64,000 nucleotides of DNA from Octopus sinensis (taxonomy: Eukaryota), in contig NC_043014.1 in the NCBI RefSeq assembly GCF_006345805.1, forward strand, positions 30,256,001 through 30,320,000, read 5' to 3'. Below the pieces are notes generated by a model. It worked only from the letters and a program-made list of their open reading frames with translations, was not told the origin of the DNA and ran no database searches. The translations under genes were made by a program, and so were the position numbers. Of the stretch, positions 1-13,771 are shown piece after piece (the stretch's first letter is position 1; every line of letters begins with the position of its first letter).

Positions 1-1455
1 AAGAAGCCCCAGATTATAATAGAAGATACTTGCTCAAAAGATGAAAGCTGAAACTCTAAGGCCAACAGCCATGTGTGTGTGTGTGTGTGTGTGTGTAGGT
101 ATGTGTGTGTTAGAAGATTTTTTTTTACATCAAACACACTTCTTATATAAACTAAAAATAATTTTGTCACTAGTGACAGTGGCACAAAGAACACCCAGTA
201 CATACTGTATGGTGGTTGGTGCTAGGAAGGACATCCAGCCATAAAAACATCCCAAAGCTGATGTTGGAGCTCAGCACAGCCCTTGCTGGATTCTGTCAAT
301 CTGCCCAACCCATGGTAAACAGACATTAAATGATGATGATTAAAAACCTCAGTAAAGAAAACTAATATTTGTGGACAGCCAATATTATTTTAATCAGTAA
401 ACTAATGGAAAGGCAACAATGGACGTGTTTCACTCTTGTTGACTCTTTTCAGTCTTGTCATTTGACTGTGACCATATTGAGGGCACAATTTTGGAGACAC
501 AGTCAATTACATTGACCCCAGAAGGTCGAAAGGCAAAGTGGATGGAAAGCAAGTGGGATCTGAAGTCAAAAAATAAGGGAACATAAGCAAACACTCGTTC
601 AAGGTGTTTTCACTAGTGAACAGTTTAGCAAGATATAGAATGACTAAACTGACCCTGGAGAGCAAACCCAACCACAGATCTCTTCCTTTATTTGTCGATA
701 AGAATAATGCCTCCCAACTATATTTTTGTTCCTGTGAACCTGACTGTATTTTATTTTTCTAATGTTTTGAAAGCCAGTCTGAAGACACTGAGCCTTATGA
801 AGGAGATGACTAAGATATCTGATACATAACTATACTCAAGAAGACCTATACACCACAGCAGAATTAATACCCATGCTGGTACCACATAAAAAGCACCCAG
901 TATACTCTGTAAAGTGGTTGGCATTAGGAAGGGCATCCAGCCATAGGAACTATGCCAGAACAGCCAATGGAGCCTGGTGCAGCCACTAGCCTTACCAGCT
1001 TCAGTCAAACTATCCAACCCATGCCATCATGGAAAACAAACGTTAAATGATGATGATGATTTTACCAAAATAACTGTTTTCTCATGGTATAGTGTTCCCT
1101 CATGGTCTATTTTATAAACCCAACTCAATTTGTGTGTATGCATGTATGTGTGTTTCTGTATGTGAGTGTATGTGTGTACATATATGCATGTGTGTACATA
1201 TATATGTGTGCATATATGTGTGTACACAACATGTGTGCATTTATGTATGTATGTATGTATGTGTGTGTATGTGCATGCGTGTGTGTGTTTGCATGTATGT
1301 GTATGTTTCATTTTCTATTTTATTCCTTTCTTTTAAAACAAATTGATTTCTTAAATATACAAATGTGTGTGTGTGTGTGTGTGTGTGTACATATGTATTA
1401 GTGAGCATATGCCATTTTCTCTTTATATTCTTTTCTTTTATAATGAAAGAGATGG

Positions 1456-1537
1456 GAAGAAGAAGAAGAAGAAGAAGAAGAAGAAGAAGAAGAAGAAGAA
1501 GAAGAAGAAGAAGAAGAAGAAGAAGAAGAAGAAGAAG
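1456..1537. repeat. (GAA)n microsatellite; representative of dozens of (TA)n, (CA)n, (GA)n, (AAT)n, (ATGT)n and (GAT)n tracts
   Basis: Directly visible. Confidence 0.95.
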
Positions 1538-2750
1538 CCAGAAGTTAGGAGAAGAGCAAAAAGATGGTAGCAATAGTCATCAATTTGACTAATTACCAAT
1601 TCATTTAAGGTAAAATGAAATAATAAACGAGAAAATGTGACACACAGACACCCGATTATTTAAACATCAAATTCTCCACAGAAGTAGATGAAGGTCATTG
1701 ACTATATTGATGTTGTTGATACTGGTGTACTGCTAACACTAGGTTAGAATTGCCATCATCATAACCATAGTATTTTTGTTGTTATTGCTGTTGTTGTTAA
1801 TTATTGTTTTCATTGATCTCATTAGGGTTTAATGGTAGTTTAACTGTCTTAATTCATCAGAAGTCAACATGCCAAAAATACACACCTTAACAGACGGTAT
1901 CAGCAATGATTTGAATGCTACAGCCTTAGTATTGATTTCTACTGACCAAGTACATTGCCCCCACCATCATCATCATCCTCGTAATCATCAACAACATCAC
2001 CAACATCATCATCAACATGATGATGATGATGAGTGTTTCAGTAAAATGCCTGTAACTTTACGTATGTATGTATGTATGTATGTATGTATGTATGTATGCA
2101 TGTATGTATGTACGCATATATATATATATATATATAGTTGAAATCTTAGAATATCATTCATGCTACAATGACATTTTGATCAAGATTGTAATTTAAATAT
2201 GAACACTTTAGAACAGGCAGTAAGTCTCAAGAGAATTGGTATTAAAATGGTTTATAGGAATGACACGTCAGATAATGTAATTCTAGATGATGCCTAAAGG
2301 GAATAGAACTCTGGTCTACTCAATCTGTGCTGAGATAAACAACATCAACACCTTTTAATATTGATAATCAGTTCCAGCTAAAAGTATAAAAGTATTTTAT
2401 ATCATTGTTTCAGGATTCCTATTTCTGTGATTATTATTAATAACCATTAATAATTAGCTGGCAGAATCATTAGCATGCTGGACAAAAAGTTTAGTGGTAT
2501 TCTGTCTGTCTGTCTTTATGTTCTGAGTTCAAATTCTGCTGAAATTGACTTTACCTTTATCCTTTTGGGGTCAATAAAATAAGTACCAGTTGAGTACTGG
2601 GGTTGATGTAATCGACTTAACCCCTGCCCCAGAATTTCTATATAGACACAAGGCCTATAGTAGAAAGGATTTATTACTAAGCATTATTAAAACAATGTTA
2701 ATAATAACCAGCCTTAAAAGACAGCACCGTTGTTATTAACCATCATTAAT

Positions 2751-3161
2751 TCTCTTTTACTCTTTTACTTGTTTCAGTCATTTGACTGTGGCCATGCTGG
2801 AGCACCGCCTTTAGTCGAGCAAATCGACCCCCAGACTTATTCTTTGTAAGCCCAGTACTTATTCTATCGGTCTCTTTTGCCAAAACGCTAAGTGACGGGG
2901 ATGTAAACACACCAGCATCGGTTGTCAAGCAATGCTAGAGGGACAAACAGACACACAAACATATACATACACATACATACATATATATACATATATACGA
3001 CAGGCTTCTTTCAGTTTCTGTCTACCAAATCCACTCACAAGGCATTGGTCGGCCCGAGGCTATAGCAGAAGACACTTGCCCAAGATGCCACGCAGTGGGA
3101 CTGAACCCAGAACCATGTGGTTGGTAGGCAAGCTACTTACCACAAAGCCACTCCTGCGCCT
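2751..3161 (-). mobile_element. Near-intact tRNA-derived SINE (family 1); many further copies, e.g. 4230-4385, 33395-33795, 47140-47505, 48158-48461, 54225-54760
   Basis: Pol III A box (GGCTTTGTGGTAAG) and B box (GGGTTCAGTCCC), an internal (TA/CA)n and a short repeated tail. Confidence 0.85.
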
Positions 3162-4385
3162 TTAATATTGATTTCAAATTTTGGCACAAAGTCAGCAATT
3201 TTGTGGGAGTAGGTAAGTCGATTACATCTACTCCAGTGCTCAACTGATATTTATTTTATAGACCTCGAAAGGATGAAAGACGAAGTCAACCTTGGTAACA
3301 TTTGGACTCAAAATGTAAGGACAGACGAATTGTTGCTAAGCATTTTGCTTGCTGTGCTAACAACACCGCCAGTTCACTGCCTTCATTAACTCATTAGCAT
3401 TAACCATAACAGACATCATTATTAGCCATTATAAAGTGCCAACCTGACAGAATCATTACCACAATGAATAAAATGCTTTACATTCTCAATTCAAATGCTG
3501 CCAAGTTTAACTTTGCTATTCATTCTCATGGTGGTTGATAAAATAAGTACCAGTCATATACTGAGGTTGATGTAATCAACAATCCTCTTTCAAAATTTCA
3601 GGTTTAGAGCCTATAGCAGAAAGGTTTATTATTAACCATTATTACTAACCATAAATAACATCTTTAATCTCAATTTCAAATTTTGACACAAGGCCAGCAA
3701 TCTTGAGGAAAGGGATAAGTCAATTATAATCGACTTATTGATAATTATCAATAATTAACTTATTGATAATTATCAATAATCAACTAATTGATAATTATTA
3801 ACCTCAGTTCTCAACTGGTACTTATTTTATTAACCACAAAAGGATGAAAGGTAAAGTTAACCCCATCAGAATTTGAACTCAGAACATAACGACAGATGAA
3901 ATGCCACTAAGCATTTTGCCCAGACTGCTAAAAATTCTACCAGCTCACCACCTTAAAAGACACCTTTGATATCAGTAACTATGGAAGGCCAGTGCATGAG
4001 TAGAATTATTAGAGTGTGCCCCAAAATGCCATGCAGTATATGTTCCTGCTCTTTACATTCTGAGTTCAAATCCTGCCATGGTCAGCGTTCTCTTTCATGC
4101 CTCCAGGGTTTATGATATAAAGGTACTTGGGTCAAGTTTAGGGATTGATGACATAGATTAATTCTTTTTCTCTCACAATTTTTCTCACTTTGTCCCTGAA
4201 TGAATGACAATTATTGAGTGGGCACAAGCATGGTTCTGTGGTTAAGAAGCTTCATTTGTACTCAGACAGCTTTGAGTTCAGTCCTACTGCACAGCACCTT
4301 AAGCAAGTGTCTTCTACTCTAGCCCTAGGTCAACCAACGCTTTGTGAGTGAATTTCGTGGACAGAAACTGTGAGGAAGCCTGTTG

Positions 4386-4412
<27 letters not shown>

Positions 4413-4416
<4 letters not shown>

Positions 4417-4721
4417 TTAAAGAAGACAGAAAATGGAGAAATATCGATGAACAACAATTAACTTACATCAATTATTATTTATTAATTCAATACAAATAGA
4501 TTGCATCCCATCTCACAGCTGTTTCTGCTTCCAATGTTGTATGGTATTGCCAGTGATATGCTAAAATATTTATAATATTAATGGTGATACCATACAACAT
4601 TGGAAGCAGAAAGAGCTGTTAGATGGAATGCAGTCTATTTGTATTGAATTAATAAATAATAATTGATGTAAGTCAATTGTTGTTCATCAGTATTTCTCCA
4701 TTTTCTGTCTTCTTTAAATTT
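4413..4721. repeat. Imperfect inverted repeat: 140-bp arms with a 29-bp spacer
   Basis: aaatttaaagaagacag...tattgcca versus tggtgatac...ctgtcttctttaaattt, about 90% match. Confidence 0.9.
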
Positions 4722-4876
4722 TGATTCTTGATAAACTCATGTTTATCCTTGTCTTTACCTGTAATTTATGAGCATAATATGCTTGCATATGTATACCCAT
4801 GGTTAAACATAGGTAATATACCAATAGTGTAATGGATACATCTGTCCCATAGACAGCTATACCACTAACTCAGCTA

Positions 4877-4959
<83 letters not shown>

Positions 4960-4989
4960 AGACAGACAAAAAGGAGATACATATATTAC

Positions 4990-6590
4990 ACAACAAGTAT
5001 TCTTACAGAATGTCAGGGGCCTTGTAACATCCCACCAGTGCAAAGAGATACACATACCAAAGTATGTTGTATTTTGAACTGATAGGGAAGAAAGAACTCA
5101 TGGTGGAGTTGTAATATTCATCTGGGAAGATGTCACCCTTGTTGTCCTGCTATCACACTCAACTCCTTTTGTGACACTCTGGTAGTACACATTAAACAGA
5201 TCAAAATGGTAATATGCACTGCATTTCTCCATAAGATGCTCCAAATCATGGGGACTCATTCAAAGAGAGCCTTGAAAAGATGAAAGAAGTATTAAGCAAC
5301 CTAGATGGCAACCTTCATATACTTCTTCTAAGAGACTTAAACCTCTCTAATGTCAAATGGCCTGAATGCTGCCTCGGGTATGTCATTGCATGAACAGAGA
5401 CAAACAGAGTCTCTGCTTGACCTCACAAACATACTATACATGGAGCAAGCAGTACTCCACCTAACAAGAGGTAAAAATGTTCTGGACCTCTACTTCACAA
5501 ATAACATGGTGCTCATCCATAATGTTAAGGTGACACCAATGATTTTCTCAGACCATGACTTAGTAGAACTAACAATGTATAGTCTGCACAAAACTGCAGA
5601 CATGCAGGCTAATAGAAGCACCCAATCCCTTTCCAGACTGAACTCTCATAAAGCTGATTGAAAGGGTATACAGAAATAGATCATGGAACAAAACTGGTCT
5701 ACCAGTCTCTCTATGCAAGATGTTGACCTAAAGCTACAGTACTTTATGATATTAATGCATGACATATGCAGTAAGTCTGCTCCAGAGAAAATGTCAAACA
5801 TACAGAAGAGCAAAATTCCCAGGGATCAGAAGATTCTAACGAAATGACAAGCAAAGATGCCAAACCATCTAAATGAGTCAGTAAAGGATAGTGAAGAATC
5901 TTATCTCAAGCAAACATTGCTTGAAGTTGAAAGTGAACTCAAACACTTCCATGAAAAGGAGAGGGCAAAAAGAAGCCAGGGCTGTAAAAAATGTAAATAC
6001 AAACTCTAAAGCCTTCTATAGATTTGCAAATGAGTCTACTTCGAAGAAAAAAGCTCACCAACTGCAGATCCACAGAAGATAAGTGAAATACTGAATGTGC
6101 AATACAAAAGTGTTTTCACAACTCCATCGGGACACTCACAAATAGCTATGCTTGATGAGTTCTTCAGCGCCACAGCTCTAGAAAGTTAAAGAAAGGCATA
6201 ATATCTTCTATCCATAAAGAAAGTAGCTGAAGAGATGTTAAAAATTAGAGGCATTTCTCTCTAACCTCATATGTCAGTAAAGTCATAGAGGAAGCTGATC
6301 ATATTCCTAGAAGATTATGACTTTCTCCCTCCCACCCATCATGACTTCTGCTCAGAAAGATGCTGCCTTACACAGTTTCTGCAGCATTATGATTGGGTGT
6401 TAAAACAATTAATGAATCACTCAAACATGGATGTGATATATCTCGATTTTGTAAAGGCTTTTGATAAAGTTGATCACAGGATGATATGTCACAAGCTATG
6501 GACCCAGCATAGTTGGAAAATTAGGAGAGTGATTACATGACTTCTTAAAAGATATCAGGCTGTGGAAGCCAATGGGGCCCTCTCCAATTC
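4990..6590 (+). mobile_element. Decayed CR1/L2-type LINE fragment
   Basis: APE C-terminal motifs (TRGKNVLDLYFTN, SDHDLVEL) and an RT motif (DVIYLDFVKAFDKVDH at about 6430). Many stops and frameshifts. Confidence 0.85.
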
Positions 6591-6799
6591 ATTATTTACA
6601 GCATTCACCTCTTTCCCCATTTCTTAGCACCTATCACTCTCCAGAAACTTATCTACTCATCCATCCTTTCTGTCTGTACTCTCTTGTATTCACCTTCTTG
6701 TCCCTTGAGGGTATATCCTGACACTTCATAACCACCATCTCTTCACTCTCTTTCCAGCAAGAATAGCTATAAATCTCCTCTATAGCAAGACACCTGTTC

Positions 6800-6859
<60 letters not shown>

Positions 6860-6969
6860 CACACACACACACACACCCATACATATACACATAGATATAC
6901 AAGCATACAGATATATACATATGCACACACACTCACACACACACACACACACACATATATATACATATA

Positions 6970-7830
6970 TGTGTGTTTGTAGTGTGTATGTGTGAACTCA
7001 ACAAAGGTTTAGCCTGGGTCAAACAAAATGACCCAGTAAGCTCCTTCGATATGGCAATGGCAGCATTTGTCAGCACAGATATTTGCAATTTCATAGGACT
7101 GTATATACTGGACATCTTAACAAAGAAGTTTCCATCAGTCCTTTTTGATCTATACAGAGATGATGCTTTAGCTATCTCTAGAGGTGCTAACAGGCACACC
7201 AGACTTAGGAAAGAACTAACTTGCATTTGACACTAACCTTACCGCTGTTAACTTACATTGGACCTGGGTTCCTGTTCATACAAGACCTACCACAAACCAA
7301 ATAAAAGCCTGTTATACATTAACACAACCTCCTACCACCTACCTAATGTGTTCAAGAACCTAGAGAAAGGTGTCAGTAGGAGGATTTTGAACACGTCTGC
7401 TTATAAAGAAATTTTTGAAGCTACAACTCCTATTACAATGACATTTTGGCATCTCGTGGGTTTAAGGACCATATCTCTTATATGCCACATCCTAACACCC
7501 ACAAAAGGAAGCCCCACTGCAAAGTCATCTGGTTTGCCCCATCCTTCTCACTCAACATCAAGATTTGCATGAGAAGGATATTTCTTAGATTAGTGGACAA
7601 ACACTTCACACAATCACATAGATAAAGGTGTTTGTTTAATAGACACAACTTAAAGGATTCTTTCAGCTGTGTGACCAGTGTTAAAAAGAAATATTAGTGA
7701 GCACCCCTAAACCATGTGCAGAGGTAGGATGCTCATACAGGGTTAACAATAAGTGCCTAGTGGAGGGGGTCAATGCCACTCTGAAGGTGCCACCACTAGC
7801 ATTGGTAACAACAAGAGCAATGACACCATT
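6970..7830 (+). mobile_element. Decayed Penelope-like element (RT and downstream region)
   Basis: LYRDDAL RT motif, YKTYHKPN..LLYIN, and a C..C....KCL segment preceding GIY-YIG-type sequence. Confidence 0.75.
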
Positions 7831-9889
7831 AACACACCTGCTGACAACAACAACAGTGGCAGTGGTGCAGCAGTGCATCAAGTAGCAGCAGCAGCAATAG
7901 GGATAGCTACAACAGCAACAACAACACATCCAGCAATAACGGCAGTGATACCAACAATAGTGGCAACATCAGCATCACCACCAGCAACAGTAATATCAAC
8001 GATAATAACAATAAGAGCAGCTGTGATGCACCACTAGCTTAAGGGCACATACATGAAAATATGTCAGTTCTACAGGTGGCCCATTCAAGCATCATCTTTG
8101 TAATCACAGGTCCTCCTTTAGCAAACCAGAGAGGCACAACATCACACTCCTGACCAGCTACTTATGGTGTTTAAAAGAGAAGGATACATAATACATAATT
8201 AAATGGATGCTCCTAGAATAACTGGGATAGTGCTTCAATGGGAGTAAACGATGTAAACTTTGCTTGGCTGAAAGAGCAAGAATCCTGAAAAACTCACTTG
8301 ATCTGGGGATTTTTTAAACTTCAAAAAAGAGATGTTTAGTCAGTACCCTCATCAGAGAAAATTCATGTGCCGACAAGGGAAATGCAACCAACTTCAGTAG
8401 GTCTGTCATGGACACAACTGGAACTGAATTAAGGAGGATAACTCCACCTTGTCCAATATTTTTGTTCCAGAATTTTTTTGTTTACGAAACTAACTGATCA
8501 TGATGTATCCCTCCCTCTAGTTGTAGAGACATTATGTACCTCAAGCCAGAGGCTGACAAGGCCCTTATACAGCTAAGCACTTTATAGATGTGAAACCAAT
8601 GGTCACTCTCTAACTGGCCATAACAACCTTCTAAACACACACACACACACAAAATATGTATGGAACTTTGGTTTATGAAAGCTTCTTACCATGAAAAAAT
8701 CATTTTACAAACAATATTTTGAAGAAAAAACATCTTAGGTGACAAATGGTGTCTTGAGAAATGAGCAATTGGCAACAAGTTAGGAATATCAGAGGGAGAC
8801 CATCAGTTACTATCTAACTTTCCTCAGTGCACATCCCTGCTTGAATTCACTGTGCCTTCTCTTGAATTTACTATGGGAAAAATAGTTTAGGTTTATGAAC
8901 ATTTCAGATGATAAATGACATTCAGGAAGAAATCAAATTCATAAACCAAGGTTCTGTGGCATTATGAAAGCAATGAACACACACAAAAAAACAGAAGACA
9001 ACACAGGAGGACAAGTTTTAACAAGACTTGTATTAGTTTAATACTAAAAAGAAAGGGAAATAATCTTAACATCATCATCATCGTTTAACGTCTGCTTTCC
9101 ATGCTAGCATGGGTTGGACGGTTCAATTGGGGTCTGGGAAGCCCGAAGGCTGCACCAGGCCAGTCAGATCTGGCAGTGTTTCTACAGCTGGATGCCCTTC
9201 CTAACGCCAACCACTCTGTGAGTGTAGTGGGTGCTTTTTATGCGCCACCGACATAGGTGCCAGACGAGGCTGGCGAATGGCCACGCACATATGGTGTTTT
9301 TTACGTGCCACCAGCACGGAGGCCAGGCGAGGCTGGCACGGCCATGATTGGATGGTGTCTGTTACGTGCCACGAGCATGGAGGCCAGTCGATGCGGTGCT
9401 GGCTACGGCCACAAAAATTAGAATAAAAATAAGGAGAGTGAAAGAGAGAAAACAGTTGGTGAAAGAAAAAAATGAACAGGCAAGAAGGATAATGGTTTAA
9501 TGGAAAGGTAATTCTAGAAAAGTGAAAGGGGTGAAGATCCATGTATAGGTAGGGTACCCATGTATTGAGATGTGTATCGGAGGGTGGTGAGTATTTTGTT
9601 CAAGTAAGCAGGTATTTTGAAAATACCTCATGGAGTGACAACTGTACCCTGCATAGTTATGTGTTGCCCTTTCTCAAGGTAAAGCACCCATTCAGCCACC
9701 CTACCAGGTATATGGCGAAACCATGGAAGTGCAGCATGGCGGATTGTGAAGAGGTGGTGGAAGAGCTCAAATGAACCAATGGTGCTTCTTACATTGAAGT
9801 TAAGGAGAGGAATCCATGAAGATCAATGGTCAGAATCACCAAGCTCTATCAAGAGAGTAACTGCAACACATCCATAGAGGTGGCATCCA

Positions 9890-10640
9890 TGGTTCAGTCC
9901 CACTGCATGGCACCTTTAGAAGGTGTTTTCTACAATAGCCTCAGGCCAATCGAAGCCTTGTGAATGGATTTGGTAGACGGAAACTGAAAGAAGACCGTCG
10001 CGCGTGTATGTGGGTGTGGGTGTCCACCACCGCTTGGCAACCGGTGTTGGTGTGTTTATGTAGATTCATATAACAAAATTTCCTTAATGGATGGTCTAGT
10101 GACTGAAACAAATAAAAAATATAAAAGATATATACCAGTTAATGAAAGATTCACTGTGCCTCAAGCTCCCAATTCAAATTCATAATAAGGGAATTTGATG
10201 GCTTCAGAGTCATGGGAATCCACAAAAGCAGCATGACCAAAGAAAAAGATGTGTATGTGGGGTTTTTCTGGGTGTATGTGTATGGGTAGAGGTGTGCAAG
10301 CATGAGAGTGTAGTAGCATGGGACAGTGGCTGGTGTGTATGTATACTCATATTTTGTGCAAAGAAAGCATGGAAGTAAGGAGCTGGTATATATCTTTTAT
10401 ATTTTTTATTTGTTTCAGTCACTAGACCATCCTGGGGCACTGCCTTAAGGAAATTTTGTTATATGAATCTACGTAAACACACCAACACCGGTTGCCAAGC
10501 GGTGGTGGACACCCCCCCACACACACGCGCGACGGTCTTCTTTCAGTTTCCGTCTACCAAATCCATTCACAAGGCTTCGATTGGCCTGAGGCTATAGTAG
10601 AAAACACATTCCAAAGGTGCCATGCAGTGGGACTGATCCA
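9890..10640. repeat. Local inverted duplication of one SINE copy (about 250-bp arms, 244-bp spacer)
   Basis: Perfect 50-bp inner IR (10089-10138 / 10383-10432) and a shared private junction (tagattcatataacaaaatttccttaa). Confidence 0.85.
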
Positions 10641-10918
10641 GGAACCATGTGGTTATGAAGTAATCTTCTTACCGCACACGGAAATATGTTTAAATGTACT
10701 CAAAAGACGCATACACACTTGTATGAGTGTAAGCGTATGCGTATTTATTTTTCTGAACCCAAACATTCTTTTCTACTCTAGGGACAAGGCCCGAAATTTT
10801 TGGGGAGGGGGCCAGTCGATTAGATCACCTCCAGTACGCAACTGGTACTTAATTTATCGACCCCCAAAAGGATGAAAGGCAAAGTCGACCTCGACGGAAC
10901 TCAGAACATAAGATAGAC

Positions 10919-11155
10919 GAAATACCTATTTCTTTACTACCCACAAGGGGATAAACACAGAGAGGACAAACAAGGACAGACAAACTGATTAAGTCGATTA
11001 TATCGACCCCAGTGCGTAACTGGTACTGTTTAATCGACCCCGAAAGGATGACAGACAAAGTCGCCCTCGGCGGAATTTGAACTCAGAACGTAGTGGCAGA
11101 CGAAATACCGCTAAACATTTCGCCAGGAGTGCTAACGTTTCTGCCAGCTCGCCGC
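10919..11155 (-). mobile_element. Young tRNA-derived SINE (family 2); further copies e.g. 2455-2680, 3170-3380, 34380-34600, 47770-47980
   Basis: Head ggcgagctggcagaaacg, B box GAGTTCAAATTCC, CpGs retained. Confidence 0.85.
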
Positions 11156-12189
11156 TTTCTGAACCCAAGCATTGAGATACAGATAATAGCGAAACAGCAA
11201 CTATGAAGAATAAACAAAAAGGTAGTAATAGTATAATTTTTTTATGTAATAAATTCACCAAAATGACAATACGATACAGTGAATATATCAGGTTTCAAAT
11301 CCCATACGATCCAATATGGGAGTCTGTATGTGATCCCTTACTTTGCTAGAAATAACAGCTAAACTCCCCATAAATCACACCCTTTCCCCTTAAATAAGGA
11401 AATGATACATGAGATTATGTAAGTCCTACATAATCCTAAAATTGACGAGATGGTTGCGGCTGTAACGTATTTGATGAGAAATCTGTTCGATCAGAGGTGA
11501 CCAGGAGAACAACACTCCATATAACAAAGTCAACGAAATTCAATAAAGATGCGTTACAAAACAATGAGTAGAAAACGAACATGCCATCGAAATGTTTTGA
11601 TGTGAGACGGGGGAAAGGGATAGTGATTAAGAAGGACTCCGTAATCATGAAGTTTTGGGATCGATCTTTGTGGAATTTTAGATATGTGTCTTTTATTTAT
11701 ATAGCCTTGAAGCGAGACAAGCTTCGATAGTTAAATTAGGTATATAGAAACTGTATGGAAGCCCAGCGGACGAAATGTACCTGTAATACAAAGGGGACCA
11801 GTATTGTCGCCCTCTGTGTCACGATGATCCTGTCTGAAGATTACATTAAAAGTACAAGTGTCTGTGGAAGGCTCAGCCACTTTGTAATTCAATGAATACC
11901 TAATTCAACTGGAACACTCATAGTCAAAACAGACATTATACAATATTCATAGAAATAATATTTACAATGTATAAATTTATTACACATTATAATATTTCCT
12001 TACTGTAAATAAGAAAGAAGTGTTTGATTTCCTCTCTGATAAACTCGTGTAATTGCAACGTGAGTTCAATCTCTCTTGTTTACTATGCTTTGTCTAAATA
12101 AGGGGTACAAATAACTAACGATTATTCTATAAAGGGAATAAGGAAAATAATGTGAATGAATGAATGAATATAGGTGAAAATGTATCTAC

Positions 12190-12314
12190 CTGCAGTGAAC
12201 TTTCACACGGCAGCAGGTACATTGAGATCGGAGAGAAGGAGAACCTTGTCTGCGGTAGCCCAAGAAATCACCAGATTCCGAATCCTCGACTTCGTCTGTG
12301 GTTAAACTAAACAT
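12190..12314 (-). CDS. Candidate first or internal coding exon (MFSLTTDEVEDSESGDFLGYRRQGSPSLRSQCTCCRVKVHC)
   Basis: ATG at 12314, 41 open codons and donor CAG|gtagat, in unique CpG-rich sequence. A possible acceptor at 12306 (atgtttag) gives the same frame. Product not recognised. Confidence 0.5.
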
Positions 12315-13385
12315 TGCCACATCAACAACATTGACGGCAAACAAACAAACTGGGAATATATATATACGACAACCAGATGGCTGTGCTTAAAACGACAACG
12401 ATTCTAGCATCAACAGCGTCAATTCAGCAGCAACAGTGGCAGTGGCATCAATAATAATCAATAATCACCATCATCGTCATCACCATCACCTACATACGTA
12501 CACTGTCAGCAGCAGTGGTGAGAAGCGGCTGGCAATGGATATGTGAACAAGGTGTTCGCCTCTCGGTTCAGGGAGTTGCGTGTTCGTACATTGTCAGTGG
12601 TACAATGCAGAACAACCGTGAAAGACACTGTGCTAGACAGTGAACATTGACTGCACCTTCGAAATTTCACCTGATGGCGGTACATGGAGAAATAGAACGG
12701 AACGGAATGAGAGAAAGATGTAGGAGGAGGAGGAACAGAGAAAAACAAGGTGACAGACGGAGGCAGAAACAGGAATCGCTGTTGGTGTGTTGATATGTTA
12801 ACAGGGAGTTTGCCATTCTTATGAAGGAAGTGAATCCTTTCAAGTGAGAATAATTAGACAACAGCAATACTATTATTGCTGCTGATGCTGCAGTTGTACT
12901 GAAAATTACAAAGCAGACGACGTTGGTGTGTAATAAGGTGAGGTTAGCAACGGAGACACAGGTAGAATGAAATGGTTACAAATGAGCAGGAATTGGGACC
13001 TTAATTATGATTCAAGAAAAAGTGGCTTCTTAAATGGCAACTCCTACAATTAAACATTAAATTATCAAAATTGCTTGTATCTAGCTGCTTCATTTGCTAT
13101 TAATGACAGTGTTGGTAGCCAGCTGGAAAAAATGTTTTCCTGGAGCTAAAAAGTAGTAACATCGTCCTGCGTTGGACTGCCACATTGTGTCAGCAAATAG
13201 GCTTTACTGTACTTTATTTGGTTTCTGTAATTTTTTTAATAGTGATGAACCTTCTGATAACACCATGGCAAACACTTTCTAATAATCTCTTTCTCTCTCT
13301 CTTTCTCTCTCTCTCCTTTTCTCTCCCTCTCTCTTTCTTTCTCTCACACACACTCTCTCTCTGTATACATACATACATACATACA

Positions 13386-13771
13386 TGATGGCCGTCCACT
13401 CGTGACCGAGGAAGACCATTGCCGACCTTCAGGAACATTGTGCGCTCTAGGACTAACTTATATTTTGCATTTGTGGCTCTGTTGGTGGCTAATGAGCCCT
13501 GCTCTTGACAAGCATACACGACTGCAAACATTGCAGACCAAGCTTTCCCCATTCACTATACGAGCCGTGTGCTTTTGCGCAGCTCACCTAAGTTCTTCAT
13601 GCTGGATACGTGCTCTCTCAAAAGTGTCGATCCCCTCCTTAACCTGCTTCCTCCATCTGTGGCGATGATAGGCATTGTTCTCCCAGTCAGTGTCCTGTAT
13701 ATCAAAGGCCTTTAACGAGAACTTGACACAGTCCTTAAATCACAGCCTTGGTTTCTGCTGGAGTCTCCTTC
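13386..13771 (-). mobile_element. 5'-truncated RTE (BovB-like) 3' end with C2H2 zinc finger
   Basis: Reads PRL*FKDCVK...WENNAYHRHRWRK...CNVCSRVCLSRAGLISHQQSH. Flanked on both sides by (ATAC)n. Confidence 0.8.

Noticed and set aside
1027-1592. Overlapping ORFs rich in HT/CV/YI, poly-L, poly-R or poly-K (also 6649-6966, 21441-21701, 23042-23392, 40592-41153, 53577-53980 and others)
   Set aside because: They are translations of microsatellites that happen to lack stop codons.
7753-8037. Ala/Thr/Asn-rich ORF
   Set aside because: A degenerate (CAG/CAA/ACA) tract at the end of a PLE remnant.
1880-8430. Minus-strand exon candidates near 8350-8430 and 1885-1940 downstream of the 12190 donor
   Set aside because: Both need a phase-1 start whereas 12190 ends in phase 2, and there is no independent support.
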